The notes: a model not told the origin generated them from the sequence alone. Positions 27,808-38,251 are shown, numbered from the stretch's first letter. The stretch is DNA of 64,000 bases from an uncultured Sphingomonadaceae bacterium (GCA_964242855.1 CAXTBZ010000005.1:1051-65050), one strand, 5' to 3'. Program-made: numbers and translations.

Positions 27808-29730
27808 ATGAGCACTCAGTTCGCCGACGCCGCCGGCTTTGCGCCGCCGCGTAATGATGCCGCGCCGCCGCGCCTGATCGAGCGCATCCCGCCGATCCCC
27901 GACATCCGCAGCCTCCATGGCCCAATCACTCGACGGCTGCTGCGGCGCTTCTACGCCGGGCTTGCCGCAATCTATGTCGTCGGTCTGCTGCCTGTTCTGC
28001 TCGACACGAGTGCGCAGTGGAAAGCCTTTGGGCTCGGACTGCTCTTCCCCGGTGCGGGCTTCCTCTATGCAGGTGGCGTGCTTGGAGTGCTGTTCGCAGT
28101 CGGCTCCTTCGCCGCCTTCATGGTCATTCTCTTCATCTGGTGGGCGCGCGGCGTTCTCGCCGGACCGCCGGGCGTGCTCCTCGGAACCGCCTTGCTGTCA
28201 GCCGCCTGGATGAGGGGCGGTATAGGCATCGGCTGGATGGAGGCCGGCATTCCGATCGCGGTCGCCGCCTTCCATGGCGGCCTAGCCGTGCAGCGTCGCC
28301 GTACCTTTGCCGCCACCCGCCGGCGCGCGCTGGATCTGAACCCGAAGATCGCGGCGATAGAACCTATCTTGCGCGACTATGCCGTCGAAGCGGGCGACGA
28401 GATGAAGCCCGGGCAGATCGGCGAGTTCCGCCGCATGCTCGATCTTGCGCTTCAGCCGGTCGACTCATGGACCGGCTTTCCAATGAACGACACCTGGCAG
28501 GATGGTGCGCTCCGCTACCAGATCTGCACGATGTCGTGGAACCTCGCGCTTGGACAATATACGCAGCTGCCGGCGTTCCACGGTTATCTGAACCAGGCGC
28601 AGGAGAACCTGATCCACAAGCACATCCATCGCAACACGTGGAACTATTGGTACTGGGAGAGCCTCTGGGGCAACTTCAAGGCGGACAAGAACCCCGTCCA
28701 TATCGACAACATCATGTTGACCGGCTTTCTCGGCGTCTCGCTCGGCATGTTCGAGACCGCGAGCGGCACGTCGCCGTTCAAAGCGCCGGGATCGCTGACC
28801 TTCCGCTGGAATGACAAAACGGCCTTCCCATACAGTCATTCGAGCATGCTCGAGGAGGTCGTGAAGAACTACCAGCGCTACGACTATGGCTGGTTCCCGT
28901 GCGAACCGCGTTGGATCTATTCGATGTGCAATCTCGTCGGACGGACCGCGCTTGAGTTCCACGACAAGCGTCACGGCACCCGCTACTCCGGTGCGATCGC
29001 CGAACGGTTTGAAAAGACGATGGTCGAAGAGATGATGCTGCCTGACGGGCGAGTGAAGGTATGCACGTCCGCCCCGTTCGGTTTCACGGTGCCGAGCCTG
29101 TCGGGCCTTTTCGGCGAAACCTGGGGCATCCGCTTCCTTACTCCGCATGCGCCGGAACAGGCGGAGCGACTGTGGCAGATCATGAAGCAGGACTTCATCC
29201 ATGTCATGCCCGATGGCGGCCTGGACTTCCGGCTGCTTCCGCTTGGCTGGGATACACGCAAGCCTGCGGACTTCTCGAAGTGGCCCGAACTCAATCCGTT
29301 GGTGATGGTGCTGTGGGCCGCATCTGAGATGGGCGACGAGGAGATCATCGCCGCCACGCGCAAGACAATGAACGAGCGCTATGGCGAAGGCATCGCCGAC
29401 GCCATGTCATGGGCTGGCCGTAACACTGTGCGCAACATGGTCAACAAGGGGCTGCCCGACGCCTGGGCGAACGGTCCACTTCTGTCCGAGGCGTTGTATC
29501 CCGAAACGATCGTGACCCGTGCAGTGAGCGATGGCAAGGCGCTGAGCCTGGTTCTGCAGCCGGGCGGTACCGGCGGCAAGGTTCATCTCGGCTTTTCGAG
29601 GCTTATGCCCGCGCGCCGTTACCGCGTCCGGCAGACCGGGGCCGAACTGATCGCCGACGCGGATGGCACGGGCGGGCTCGACGTGGTGCTCGATACCCGT
29701 AGCGAGATCGACCTCGTGCCGCTTGTCTGA
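27808..29730 (+). CDS. Linalool dehydratase/isomerase-like protein with N-terminal transmembrane segments
   Basis: ALRYQ, WNYWYWESLWG, DNIMLTG, FPCEPRWIYSMCN (two-Cys motif); hydrophobic N-terminal helices. Confidence 0.8.
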   Translation: MSTQFADAAGFAPPRNDAAPPRLIERIPPIPDIRSLHGPITRRLLRRFYAGLAAIYVVGLLPVLLDTSAQWKAFGLGLLFPGAGFLYAGGVLGVLFAVGSFAAFMVILFIWWARGVLAGPPGVLLGTALLSAAWMRGGIGIGWMEAGIPIAVAAFHGGLAVQRRRTFAATRRRALDLNPKIAAIEPILRDYAVEAGDEMKPGQIGEFRRMLDLALQPVDSWTGFPMNDTWQDGALRYQICTMSWNLALGQYTQLPAFHGYLNQAQENLIHKHIHRNTWNYWYWESLWGNFKADKNPVHIDNIMLTGFLGVSLGMFETASGTSPFKAPGSLTFRWNDKTAFPYSHSSMLEEVVKNYQRYDYGWFPCEPRWIYSMCNLVGRTALEFHDKRHGTRYSGAIAERFEKTMVEEMMLPDGRVKVCTSAPFGFTVPSLSGLFGETWGIRFLTPHAPEQAERLWQIMKQDFIHVMPDGGLDFRLLPLGWDTRKPADFSKWPELNPLVMVLWAASEMGDEEIIAATRKTMNERYGEGIADAMSWAGRNTVRNMVNKGLPDAWANGPLLSEALYPETIVTRAVSDGKALSLVLQPGGTGGKVHLGFSRLMPARRYRVRQTGAELIADADGTGGLDVVLDTRSEIDLVPLV

Positions 29731-29733
29731 TCG

Positions 29734-30099
29734 ATGGCCTGCTGCATTCTCGCTGCGATCCTGATCGGTCAGCTGGTGGCGTTGCTGCGCCGCTGGGGGA
29801 TCTTCTGGGGTCTGGTGCGCGCGCGTGAGTATGAAGATGGCGGCCACACTGCACTTGCTTGGGCGAAGGCGCACGTCGCCTCGCCGCGAGCGAAGCAAGG
29901 GCTGGCTCTCGCCGTCTTGCTGGAGATTGGGCTGCTGGGCAGCTGGACCTACAGCCGACACGGCGCTCACCTCTATCGTCTGGCAGACGTGGCCGTGTCG
30001 CGGCTGCATGGCGAGCGGGTCGTCTATGTCGGTATCTGCACGCCCAAGAGCGATGATGATTATGTGCGAGTCGTACTGAACCGGGGGGATCGCGCTTGA
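29734..30099 (+). CDS. Hypothetical membrane protein
   Basis: Fills the gap within the operon; two hydrophobic stretches. Confidence 0.5.
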   Translation: MACCILAAILIGQLVALLRRWGIFWGLVRAREYEDGGHTALAWAKAHVASPRAKQGLALAVLLEIGLLGSWTYSRHGAHLYRLADVAVSRLHGERVVYVGICTPKSDDDYVRVVLNRGDRA

Positions 30100-30118
30100 C
30101 GACATCAGAGGGGCCGCG

Positions 30119-30859
30119 ATGGAGTTCGAAGGCAAGGTAGCGATCGTCACCGGCGCATCGCGAGGAATCGGGCGCGCAGTGGCTACCCTCATGGCAGAGC
30201 GTGGCGCCTCGCTGGTCATCGTCGGATTGGACAAGGTGCGGATCGAGGCGACGGCAGCATCCCTCGACCGCGCGATCGCGGTGTCGGGTGACGTCGCTGA
30301 TGCCGCGACGGCCATCGTCGCCGTGGAGGCCGCCTTGTCTCGTTGCGGTCGGCTGGACATTTTGATCAATATCGCCGGCGCCTTTCCGACTGCGCTGCTG
30401 GAAGACACTAGCGATAGCCAATTTGCACAAAGCATTGCGACCAACCTGCAAGGCACCTTCGCCTTCTGCCGCGCCGCGCTGCCAATCATGCGAGCTCAGG
30501 GCAGCGGCGCGATCGTCAACATGTCTTCGATGGCGGCGCGGTTCCCAACGCCTGGTCTTTCCGTCTACAGCGCGAGCAAGGCCGGCGTGGAGGCATTGAC
30601 CCGCTCGGTCGCCGCAGAGGCTGCGCCACATGTTCGCGTCAACGCGGTAGCGGCTGGGCCGACGGCGACCGACACCGTCCGCGATCTCATGGCAGCTGAC
30701 ACCACCGGCGCTACGGCGGCGGTGACGCAAAGCCTTCCACTAGGGCGGCTTGCGGCGCCAGAGGAGATCGCCGAAGTCATACTGTTCCTGGCATCGGAAA
30801 GAGCCAGTTGCATGACGGGGCAGGTGGTGCAGGCGAATTGTGGCGGGCTGATGAGCTGA
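30119..30859 (+). CDS. Short-chain dehydrogenase/reductase
   Basis: TGASRGIG, NIAG, YSASK, RVNAVAAG. Confidence 0.93.
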   Translation: MEFEGKVAIVTGASRGIGRAVATLMAERGASLVIVGLDKVRIEATAASLDRAIAVSGDVADAATAIVAVEAALSRCGRLDILINIAGAFPTALLEDTSDSQFAQSIATNLQGTFAFCRAALPIMRAQGSGAIVNMSSMAARFPTPGLSVYSASKAGVEALTRSVAAEAAPHVRVNAVAAGPTATDTVRDLMAADTTGATAAVTQSLPLGRLAAPEEIAEVILFLASERASCMTGQVVQANCGGLMS

Positions 30860-30880
30860 TGATTCGGGAGAGTACCGCAG

Positions 30881-30991
30881 ATGAAGGGTGAAGGTATCGC
30901 TGCCATCGTGACGGGCGGCGTGTCGAGGCTGAGCGGAGAGATTGCCGGCATGCTGGCATCGCGTGGCGCGATCCGGATGGCGCCACGATGA
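30881..30991 (+). pseudogene. N-terminal remnant of a second SDR (3-hydroxyacyl-CoA dehydrogenase type II-like)
   Basis: After a GGAG RBS it reads MKGEGIAAIVTGGVSRLSGEIAGMLASRGA and stops after 36 aa; degenerate TGGxxGxG. Confidence 0.6.
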
Positions 30992-32169
30992 GCGAGATCG
31001 GAGCCGGGGCTGAGCTAACCGCGCAGATCGCCGCCCGCGTTGAGAGGTTCGTGCGGGAAGTCGTTGCGCCGTATGAACGTGATCCGCGCCGTGATCATCA
31101 TGACTGCCCGACCGAGGGCCTGGTCGCGGAACTGAAGGACATGGCGCGCGCTGCGGGTGTGCTCACCCCGCACATCCTGCCCGATGGCCGCCACCTTTCA
31201 CAGCGCGAGACTGCCATCGTGCTGGAGAAGACCGGCCTGTCGCCGCTCGGCCCGCTGGCCTGCAACACCGCTGCGCCGGATGAAGGCAATATGTTCCTGC
31301 TCGGCCAGGTCGGCACGCCTGAGATTAAGGAGCGCTTCCTGAAGCCCTTGATCGAAGGGCGCGCGCGTTCGGCCTTTTTCATGACCGAACCCGCGGCCGA
31401 CGGCGGCGCGGGATCTGACCCGTCGATGATGCGCACGACTTGCCGACAGGACGGCAATCATTGGGTGATTTCCGGCCGCAAGGCCTTCATTACAGGCGCC
31501 GAGGGTGCGCAGGTCGGCATCGTCATGGCCAAGGCCGACGAGGGCGCCTGCATGTTCCTCGTCGATCTGCCCGATCCGGCGATCCGCATCGAGCGCGTGC
31601 CCGACACCATCGACAGCTCGATGCCCGGGGGCCATGCGGTCGTCATCATCGACGATCTGCGCGTTCCGGCGGATCAGATGCTGGGTCATGCAGGGGAGGG
31701 CTTCCGCTATGCGCAGGTGCGTCTTGCGCCGGCGCGGCTGTCGCACTGCATGCGCTGGCTCGGCGCGTGCCGCCGCGCCAACGAGATCGCGACCGACTAT
31801 GCCTGCCGCCGCATGGCGTTCGGCAAGACGCTGGTCGATCATGAAGGCGTTGGCTTCATGCTCGCCGAGAACCTGATCGATCTCCAGCAATCGGCGTTGA
31901 TGATCGATTGGTGCGCCGGCGTGCTCGACGAGGGAGAGGCGGGTGGCACGGAAAGCTCGATGACCAAGGTTGCGGTGTCCGAAGCGCTGATGCGCATCGC
32001 CGATCGCTGCGTGCAGGTGATGGGTGGCAGCGGCGTCACCAAGGACACAATCGTCGAGCAGGTGTTTCGCGAGATCCGTGCCTTCCGCATCTATGACGGG
32101 CCGACCGAGGTGCACAAATGGAGCCTCGCCAAGAAGATCAAGCGCGACTGGAAAGCCGCCCAGGCGTGA
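30988..32169 (+). CDS. Acyl-CoA dehydrogenase
   Basis: APDEGN, FFMTEP...GSD, GRKAFITGA, RMAFGK, FRIYDGPTEVH. Confidence 0.95.
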   Translation: MSEIGAGAELTAQIAARVERFVREVVAPYERDPRRDHHDCPTEGLVAELKDMARAAGVLTPHILPDGRHLSQRETAIVLEKTGLSPLGPLACNTAAPDEGNMFLLGQVGTPEIKERFLKPLIEGRARSAFFMTEPAADGGAGSDPSMMRTTCRQDGNHWVISGRKAFITGAEGAQVGIVMAKADEGACMFLVDLPDPAIRIERVPDTIDSSMPGGHAVVIIDDLRVPADQMLGHAGEGFRYAQVRLAPARLSHCMRWLGACRRANEIATDYACRRMAFGKTLVDHEGVGFMLAENLIDLQQSALMIDWCAGVLDEGEAGGTESSMTKVAVSEALMRIADRCVQVMGGSGVTKDTIVEQVFREIRAFRIYDGPTEVHKWSLAKKIKRDWKAAQA

Positions 32170-33242
32170 GCAGCGGCGCGACCGACGCTGCCGCCAACGC
32201 CGGCACGACCGCAATCCGTGAGGGATATGGCTTCGACGAGGCGGCATTGTCGCGCTGGATGGCGAGCCATGTCGCCGGCTTTGTCGGACCGCTTACGGTC
32301 GAGCAGTTCAAGGGCGGGCAGTCCAATCCGACGTACAAGCTGGTGACGCCAGGCAAGGCTTATGTGCTACGACGCAAGCCACCGGGGCCGTTGCTGAAGG
32401 GTGCCCACGCCGTCGAACGCGAGGCGCGCGTGCTTCAAGCGCTTGGTGCAACAGGCTTTCCTGTGGCGCATTTCCACGCGCTGTGCACCGACGACAGCAT
32501 CATCGGCAGTTGGTTCTTCGTCATGGACATGATCGAAGGGCGCATCTTCTGGGACGCGACCTTCCCCGGGGTAAGCCGCGGCGATCGCGCGGCCTATTTC
32601 GATGCGATGAACGCAACGATCGCAGACCTCCACCGGATCGATCCCGCCACCATCGGGCTCGGCGATTATGGCCGCCCGGGCAATTATTTCGAGCGCCAGA
32701 TCGCGCGTTGGTCGAAGCAGTATCTGGAAGACACCGATGCCGGCCGCGCTTCAGGCATGGACCGACTCGTCGAGCGATTGCCACAGCTGATCCCGCCCGG
32801 CGACGAGGCGCGCATCGTCCACGGCGATTTCCGCTGTGACAATCTGATCTTCCACCCTGACCAGCCGCGCATCTTGGCGGTGCTCGATTGGGAGCTGTCG
32901 ACGCTCGGCCACCCGCTGGCGGATTTCGCGTATCACGCAATGATGTATCGCATGCCGCCTGACATCGTGGCGGGGCTGGGCGGGGCCGATCTCAACGCGC
33001 TCGGCATCCCTAGCGAAGCCGACTATGTGGATATGTACTGCGAACGCGTCGGCCGGCCGCGCATGCCGGACAGCGACCACGCCTTTTATCTCGCCTTCAA
33101 CTTCTTCCGGTTGGCCGCGATCTTCCACGGCATCAAGGGCCGGGTGATCCGCGGCACCGCCGCGTCGGCGCATGCACGAGACCGTGCCGCGAGCCTGCCG
33201 CGCCTGATCAATCTGGCCTGCGACGCGCTGGAGGAGGTTTGA
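32166..33242 (+). CDS. Phosphotransferase family protein (ACAD10/11 N-terminal type)
   Basis: QFKGGQSNPTY, LRRKPPG, VHGDFRCDN, VLDWELSTLGHP; GTG overlaps the ACAD stop. Confidence 0.92.
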   Translation: MSSGATDAAANAGTTAIREGYGFDEAALSRWMASHVAGFVGPLTVEQFKGGQSNPTYKLVTPGKAYVLRRKPPGPLLKGAHAVEREARVLQALGATGFPVAHFHALCTDDSIIGSWFFVMDMIEGRIFWDATFPGVSRGDRAAYFDAMNATIADLHRIDPATIGLGDYGRPGNYFERQIARWSKQYLEDTDAGRASGMDRLVERLPQLIPPGDEARIVHGDFRCDNLIFHPDQPRILAVLDWELSTLGHPLADFAYHAMMYRMPPDIVAGLGGADLNALGIPSEADYVDMYCERVGRPRMPDSDHAFYLAFNFFRLAAIFHGIKGRVIRGTAASAHARDRAASLPRLINLACDALEEV

Positions 33243-34018
33243 TGAGCGCCATCCTTCTCGATGCCGCCGAGGGCATCGCGCGAGTCACCCTCAACCGGCC
33301 GGAGGCTGGCAACGCGTTCGACCTCCCGATGGCCCGCGCGCTGCTCGATGCGGCGATCTGCTGCGATCAGGATCCAACCGTGCGATGCGTCGTGCTCACC
33401 GGCACCGGGCGGATGTTATGCGCAGGCGGCGACATCGCTGGCTTCCAGCAAGCGAGCCCGCGCGCCGACGCCTACCTGAGCGAACTCGCCGGAACGATGA
33501 CACTCGCGCTATCCCGGTTGGCGCGGATGGCGAAGCCGCTCCTCGTGCTCGTCAATGGGCCTGCGGCAGGCGCGGGCCTCAGCTTGGCGCTTGCCGGAGA
33601 TGTAGTGCTTGCCTCGCCCGCCGCGCATTTCACCGCCGCCTACACCGCCATCGGTCTTGTTCCCGATTGCGGCCTCACCTGGTGGCTGCCCCGCGTCGCC
33701 GGGCTGCGAGCCGCGCAGGACATGATCCTCACCAACCGCCGCGTTGGCGCGGAGGAGGCGGTGCGGTTGGGGTTGGTCACGCGGCTGGCCGAGAATCTGG
33801 AGGCTGCCGGCCGGGAAGCCGCAAAGGCGCTCGCGGCGGCGCCCACAGCCGCGCTGGGCGCATCACGCGCGTTGCTGCTCGAGACGTTTTCGGCCACGCT
33901 CGAAACGCAATGCGAACGGGAAGGGCGCGCGATCTCGGCAGCGGGTGTCGGCGCCGAGGGTATCGAAGGCGTCGCTGCCTTCCTCGCCAAGCGTCCGCCG
34001 AACTATCAAGGAAGCTGA
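33239..34018 (+). CDS. Enoyl-CoA hydratase/isomerase
   Basis: TLNRPEAGNA, CAGGD, VNGPAAGAG, GLVPDCG. Confidence 0.92.
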   Translation: MMSAILLDAAEGIARVTLNRPEAGNAFDLPMARALLDAAICCDQDPTVRCVVLTGTGRMLCAGGDIAGFQQASPRADAYLSELAGTMTLALSRLARMAKPLLVLVNGPAAGAGLSLALAGDVVLASPAAHFTAAYTAIGLVPDCGLTWWLPRVAGLRAAQDMILTNRRVGAEEAVRLGLVTRLAENLEAAGREAAKALAAAPTAALGASRALLLETFSATLETQCEREGRAISAAGVGAEGIEGVAAFLAKRPPNYQGS

Positions 34019-34021
34019 TCC

Positions 34022-35182
34022 ATGCCCGAAGCCTATATCGTTGCCGCCACCCGGACTGCGGGCGGCAAGCGAAAGGGCGCACTTGCCGGGGTTCATCCCG
34101 CTGATCTTGGCGCCGTCGTGCTCGATGCGCTGGTCGCTCGATCGGGGATCGATCCGGCGGCGGTGGAAGACGTTATCCTCGGCTGCGTGACTCAGGCGGG
34201 AGAGCAGTCCTTTGCCTTTGGTCGCAACGTCGTGCTGGCATCCTCGCTGCCCGACAGCGTTCCGGCGGTGACGATCGATCGCCAGTGCGGCTCCTCGCAG
34301 CAGGCGCTGCATTTCGCGGCTCAGGCGATCATGTCCGGCACGCAGGACCTCGTCGTGGCGATGGGTGTCGAGAGCATGACGCGGGTGCCGATGGGTTCCA
34401 ACTTCACGCTGCACGGGCAGGCGGGTCTGGGCGAGGGGCCCTGGTCCGGCGCGATCAAGAACCGGTACGGTATCGCCGAGTTCAGCCAATACCACGGCGC
34501 GCAGGCGATTGCGGACAAATACAGATGTAGCCGCGAAGACCTGGATGCCTATGCCCTGGCCAGCCACCGCAAGGCGGCCGCCGCGATCGCGTCCGGCGCA
34601 TTCCACGAGGAGATCGTGGCGGTTGACACGGTCGACGGCAAGTTCGCCCAGGATGAGGGCGTGCGCGTCGACAGTTCGATGGAGTCACTGGCGGGCCTGA
34701 AGACGTTGACCGAGGGCGGCACGATCACCGCGGGCAATGCCAGCCAGATGACCGATGGCGCTTCCGGCGTGCTGGTCGCCAGCGAGGCGGCCGTGAAACG
34801 GTTCGGCCTGACGCCGATGGCGCGAGTGGTCGGCCTCACCGTCACTGCAGGCGATCCCGTGATCATGCTGGAGGAGCCGATCCCTGCGACGCGCAAGGCG
34901 CTGGAGCGCGTCGGGATGAAGCTCGATGACATCGATCTTTTCGAGGTCAACGAGGCGTTCGCCTCGATCCCGATGGCTTGGCTGAAGGCGCTTGGCGCCG
35001 ACCCTGCGCGACTTAACGTCAATGGTGGCGCCATCGCGTTGGGTCATCCGCTTGGCGCCAGCGGCACCAAGCTGATGACCACGCTGCTCCACGCTCTGAA
35101 AGCCCGTGGCGGTCGCCTCGGGCTGCAGACGATGTGCGAAGGCGGCGGCATCGCCAACGTCACCATTGTCGAACGGCTTTGA
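34022..35182 (+). CDS. Acetyl-CoA C-acyltransferase (thiolase)
   Basis: DRQCGSSQQA, EVNEAFA, GGAIALGHPLGASG, MCEGGG. Confidence 0.95.
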   Translation: MPEAYIVAATRTAGGKRKGALAGVHPADLGAVVLDALVARSGIDPAAVEDVILGCVTQAGEQSFAFGRNVVLASSLPDSVPAVTIDRQCGSSQQALHFAAQAIMSGTQDLVVAMGVESMTRVPMGSNFTLHGQAGLGEGPWSGAIKNRYGIAEFSQYHGAQAIADKYRCSREDLDAYALASHRKAAAAIASGAFHEEIVAVDTVDGKFAQDEGVRVDSSMESLAGLKTLTEGGTITAGNASQMTDGASGVLVASEAAVKRFGLTPMARVVGLTVTAGDPVIMLEEPIPATRKALERVGMKLDDIDLFEVNEAFASIPMAWLKALGADPARLNVNGGAIALGHPLGASGTKLMTTLLHALKARGGRLGLQTMCEGGGIANVTIVERL

Positions 35183-35473
35183 TCAGACGGCAAACGTCGC
35201 GTTTCGATTTTCACAAGCCTAGCGGTAACGTCTCCCGGCTCGACTAGGATACAAGCAGAGCGAGCTATTTTGCGCCTTCTCCAAACTTTGCCGTATCCCG
35301 AAGCACCAAGCGAGCCTCTGCGCATGCGTCCTAACAAAGGTTGATCGCGGCGCCTGCATCGACCAAGCCTGAGCCGGTTGTCGACGAACGAGCAACTTTG
35401 CGTGACGAGGCCAGGGAACGAGTGGAATGAAGGCGTCGCGTTTCCCTAATCTGCGAGCCCGGAATGTGAGGCA

Positions 35474-36562
35474 TTGAGCTCGCTTACCGTCACCGGCTTG
35501 TCGAAGATCTTCGGAGGGGTGGCTGCCCTTCAGGATATCGACCTCGCGGTGACAAGCGGCGAGTTCCTCGTGGTGATCGGTGGGTCGGGATCAGGCAAGT
35601 CGACGCTGCTGCGGCTGCTTGCCGGGCTTGAAACTCCAACCAGCGGCCGGATTGCGATCGACGGGCGGGATGTCACGGATCTGGCGCCTGCTCGCCGCGG
35701 CATCGGAATGGTCTTCCAGTCCTACGCGCTCTATCCGCATCTTTCGGTTGCCGAGAACATCGCGTTTCCGCTTCGCGTCGCGAAGGTCCCGAAGGTTGAG
35801 CGGGAGGCGCAGGTCGGTCGTGTCGCCGAGATGCTGGACCTGGATCCGTTGCTGGCACGCCGCCCGCGCGCCTTGTCGGGCGGCGAACGGCAGCGGGTGG
35901 CGATCGGACGCGCGATCATCCGCAATCCGCAGGTCCTGCTGCTCGACGAGCCGCTTTCGAACCTGGACGCGGCGTTGCGGGTGCGCCTGCGCCACATGTT
36001 CGCGCGCCTGCACCAGGAACTCGGAACGACGATGATCTACGTCACCCACGATCAGGCGGAAGGCATGACGCTCGCTAACCGCATTGTGGTGATGAACCGG
36101 GGGCGCATCGAGCAGGTTGGGCCACCGCTCGATCTCTACGCTCGTCCAGCGACACTGACAGTGGCGAAGGCAATCGGGTCGCCCGCGATCAACCTTATGG
36201 AGGTCACCATAGACGCACAGTCGGCGGAGGGAACCTGCGTGCGGCTTGCAAACGGCGCAACGCTGCTTCTGGACCTGCACGTGCCGACGGCAGCGGTGGG
36301 CAAGGGCGCCACCCTGGGGATACGGCCCGAACACCTCATCGCTGATCCTCAAGGCGCCTTTGCCGGCCCTATCGAGTTGTTCGAGCGTTTGGGTCCGTTG
36401 TCTTTCGTGCATCTCGCCACGGAACTCGACGGGGCCAGGATGATCGCGCAACTGCCCGGCGATGCAAGCGCTACACTGGGCGAGACCCTCACATTCAGCG
36501 GCGCGCACGGTCGCTGGCACCTCTTCGCCGCCGACGAATCGTCGCTCGCCGTCAGCCCTTGA
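35474..36562 (+). CDS. Carbohydrate ABC transporter ATP-binding protein (MalK-like)
   Basis: GGSGSGKS, VFQSYALYPH, LSGGERQR, LLDEPLSNLDA. Confidence 0.95.
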   Translation: MSSLTVTGLSKIFGGVAALQDIDLAVTSGEFLVVIGGSGSGKSTLLRLLAGLETPTSGRIAIDGRDVTDLAPARRGIGMVFQSYALYPHLSVAENIAFPLRVAKVPKVEREAQVGRVAEMLDLDPLLARRPRALSGGERQRVAIGRAIIRNPQVLLLDEPLSNLDAALRVRLRHMFARLHQELGTTMIYVTHDQAEGMTLANRIVVMNRGRIEQVGPPLDLYARPATLTVAKAIGSPAINLMEVTIDAQSAEGTCVRLANGATLLLDLHVPTAAVGKGATLGIRPEHLIADPQGAFAGPIELFERLGPLSFVHLATELDGARMIAQLPGDASATLGETLTFSGAHGRWHLFAADESSLAVSP

Positions 36563-37379
36563 CGCTGCCTGCGGTCAGCCCGGCCATGTAGAAGCGCTGA
36601 AGTGCGGTGAAGATGATGAGAATCGGCGCTGCGGTCACCACGGCGGCTGCCATCATGACCTCGACGTCCTGCACATGCTCGCGTGACAACGCCGCCAGCG
36701 TGACGGGGAGGGTGTAGAGTCGTTGGTCGGCCAGCACGATGAGCGGCCAGAGGAAATCGTCCCAGTTGGCGAAGAAGATGAAGAGGCCCAGCGTCACCGC
36801 GGCAGGGCGGAGCAGCGGCAGCGCCACACGCAGGAAGATCTGCGCTTCGCTCGCACCGTCGAGCCGCGCCGCCTCGAGCATCTCGTCGGAAATGGAGAGC
36901 GATGCCTGGCGCACGAACAGCACCGAGAAGATGCCGACGAGCGACGGCAGCAACGCTCCCACATAGGTATTCACCAGATGGACTGAGCGGAGCATCAGAA
37001 ATAATGGCAGCATCGCCACTTGGCCGGGGATCACGAGCGTCAGCAGCAGCAATCGCAGCATAAGCTCACGGCCGCTAAAGCGCAGCTTGGCAAGCGCGTA
37101 TCCGGCCGGTAGCGTCGAGCATAGACCGAGGATCGTCGCGGTCGTCGCCAGGCCCAGGCTGTTGATGAGCGGTCTGCCGATGCCGTACTCGGCAAACAAC
37201 TGCCGGTAATGGCCGAGCGTCGGCACGTGCGGCAGGAAGGGCGGTGGCTGCGAAGCGGCCTCGCCGGTCGCCATCAGCGATACCGACAGCATCCAGGCGA
37301 GCGGCGCGATCATGACGATCGTGAAGGCAGCCACGCCAAGCGTCACCACAAAGCTTCGCGATCGCGCGCTCAGGCCCAT
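36552..37379 (-). CDS. Carbohydrate ABC transporter permease (MalG-like)
   Basis: EAARLDGA EAA loop, WDDFLWPL, AGSVKG terminus. Confidence 0.92.
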   Translation of the reverse strand: MGLSARSRSFVVTLGVAAFTIVMIAPLAWMLSVSLMATGEAASQPPPFLPHVPTLGHYRQLFAEYGIGRPLINSLGLATTATILGLCSTLPAGYALAKLRFSGRELMLRLLLLTLVIPGQVAMLPLFLMLRSVHLVNTYVGALLPSLVGIFSVLFVRQASLSISDEMLEAARLDGASEAQIFLRVALPLLRPAAVTLGLFIFFANWDDFLWPLIVLADQRLYTLPVTLAALSREHVQDVEVMMAAAVVTAAPILIIFTALQRFYMAGLTAGSVKG

Positions 37380-38251
37380 GCGGCTCTCCGTCCGATCCGC
37401 CACTGTACGGCGGTCACGCACAGGATAAGAGCGAACAGCACCACTGCCACAGCGGACGCGGCGCCGAGATCCCACCACTCGAAGCCGCGGTTGAACATGA
37501 AGTAAAGCACGGTCAGCGTCGATTGCGCCGGGCCGCCCTGGGTCATCACATAGGGTTCATCGAAGATCTGCAGGAACTCGGCGACGCTGAGCAGGCCGGC
37601 GAGCAGCAGTACGGGGCCGATCGCGGGCAGCACGATGTGCCGTAAGCGTGTCCACAGGTTGGCTCCATCGAGCCTCGCGGCATCCATGAGGTCGGCCGGC
37701 ACCGCGGTAAGCGCGGCGGAGAACAGGATCATGTTGTAACCGAAGCGCTTCCACGCGATGAACAGCAGGATCGCCGGAACGCTGAAGCGCGGATCACCCA
37801 GCCAGTCGATCGGCGCGATCCCGAGCAGAGCAAGCCCGCGGTTCAGCAAGCCGAAGCGTGGATCGAGGAGGTAGCGCCACAGCACTGCGGCTGCGAGCAG
37901 GGTAGTGACATAGGGCGCGAACAGCGCGACCCGCCAGAAGGCGCGCCAGCGCAAGCCACGCGCATCCAGCATCAGCGCCGCTCCAAGCGACACGCCGAGC
38001 GTCAATGGTACTCCGACGATAGAAAACACGAGCGTGTTGCCGAGCGCATGCCAGAACAGCGGATCGGTGAGCAGCTGTCTGTAATTGGCGAACCAGACGA
38101 AGCGCAGGTTCGCAGGATTGGCAAAGGCATAGACGTCGAAGTCGGTCAAGCTGAGCAGCAGGGCACCCGCCGTGGGCAGCACATAGAGCACCAGGATGGC
38201 GACGATCACCGGCGTCGTGAACGCAAGGCCGGTGCGCTGTTGACCGGTCAT
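37370..38251 (-). CDS. Carbohydrate ABC transporter permease (MalF-like)
   Basis: DAARLDGA, MTQGGP, multiple transmembrane helices. Confidence 0.92.
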   Translation of the reverse strand: MTGQQRTGLAFTTPVIVAILVLYVLPTAGALLLSLTDFDVYAFANPANLRFVWFANYRQLLTDPLFWHALGNTLVFSIVGVPLTLGVSLGAALMLDARGLRWRAFWRVALFAPYVTTLLAAAVLWRYLLDPRFGLLNRGLALLGIAPIDWLGDPRFSVPAILLFIAWKRFGYNMILFSAALTAVPADLMDAARLDGANLWTRLRHIVLPAIGPVLLLAGLLSVAEFLQIFDEPYVMTQGGPAQSTLTVLYFMFNRGFEWWDLGAASAVAVVLFALILCVTAVQWRIGRRAAWA

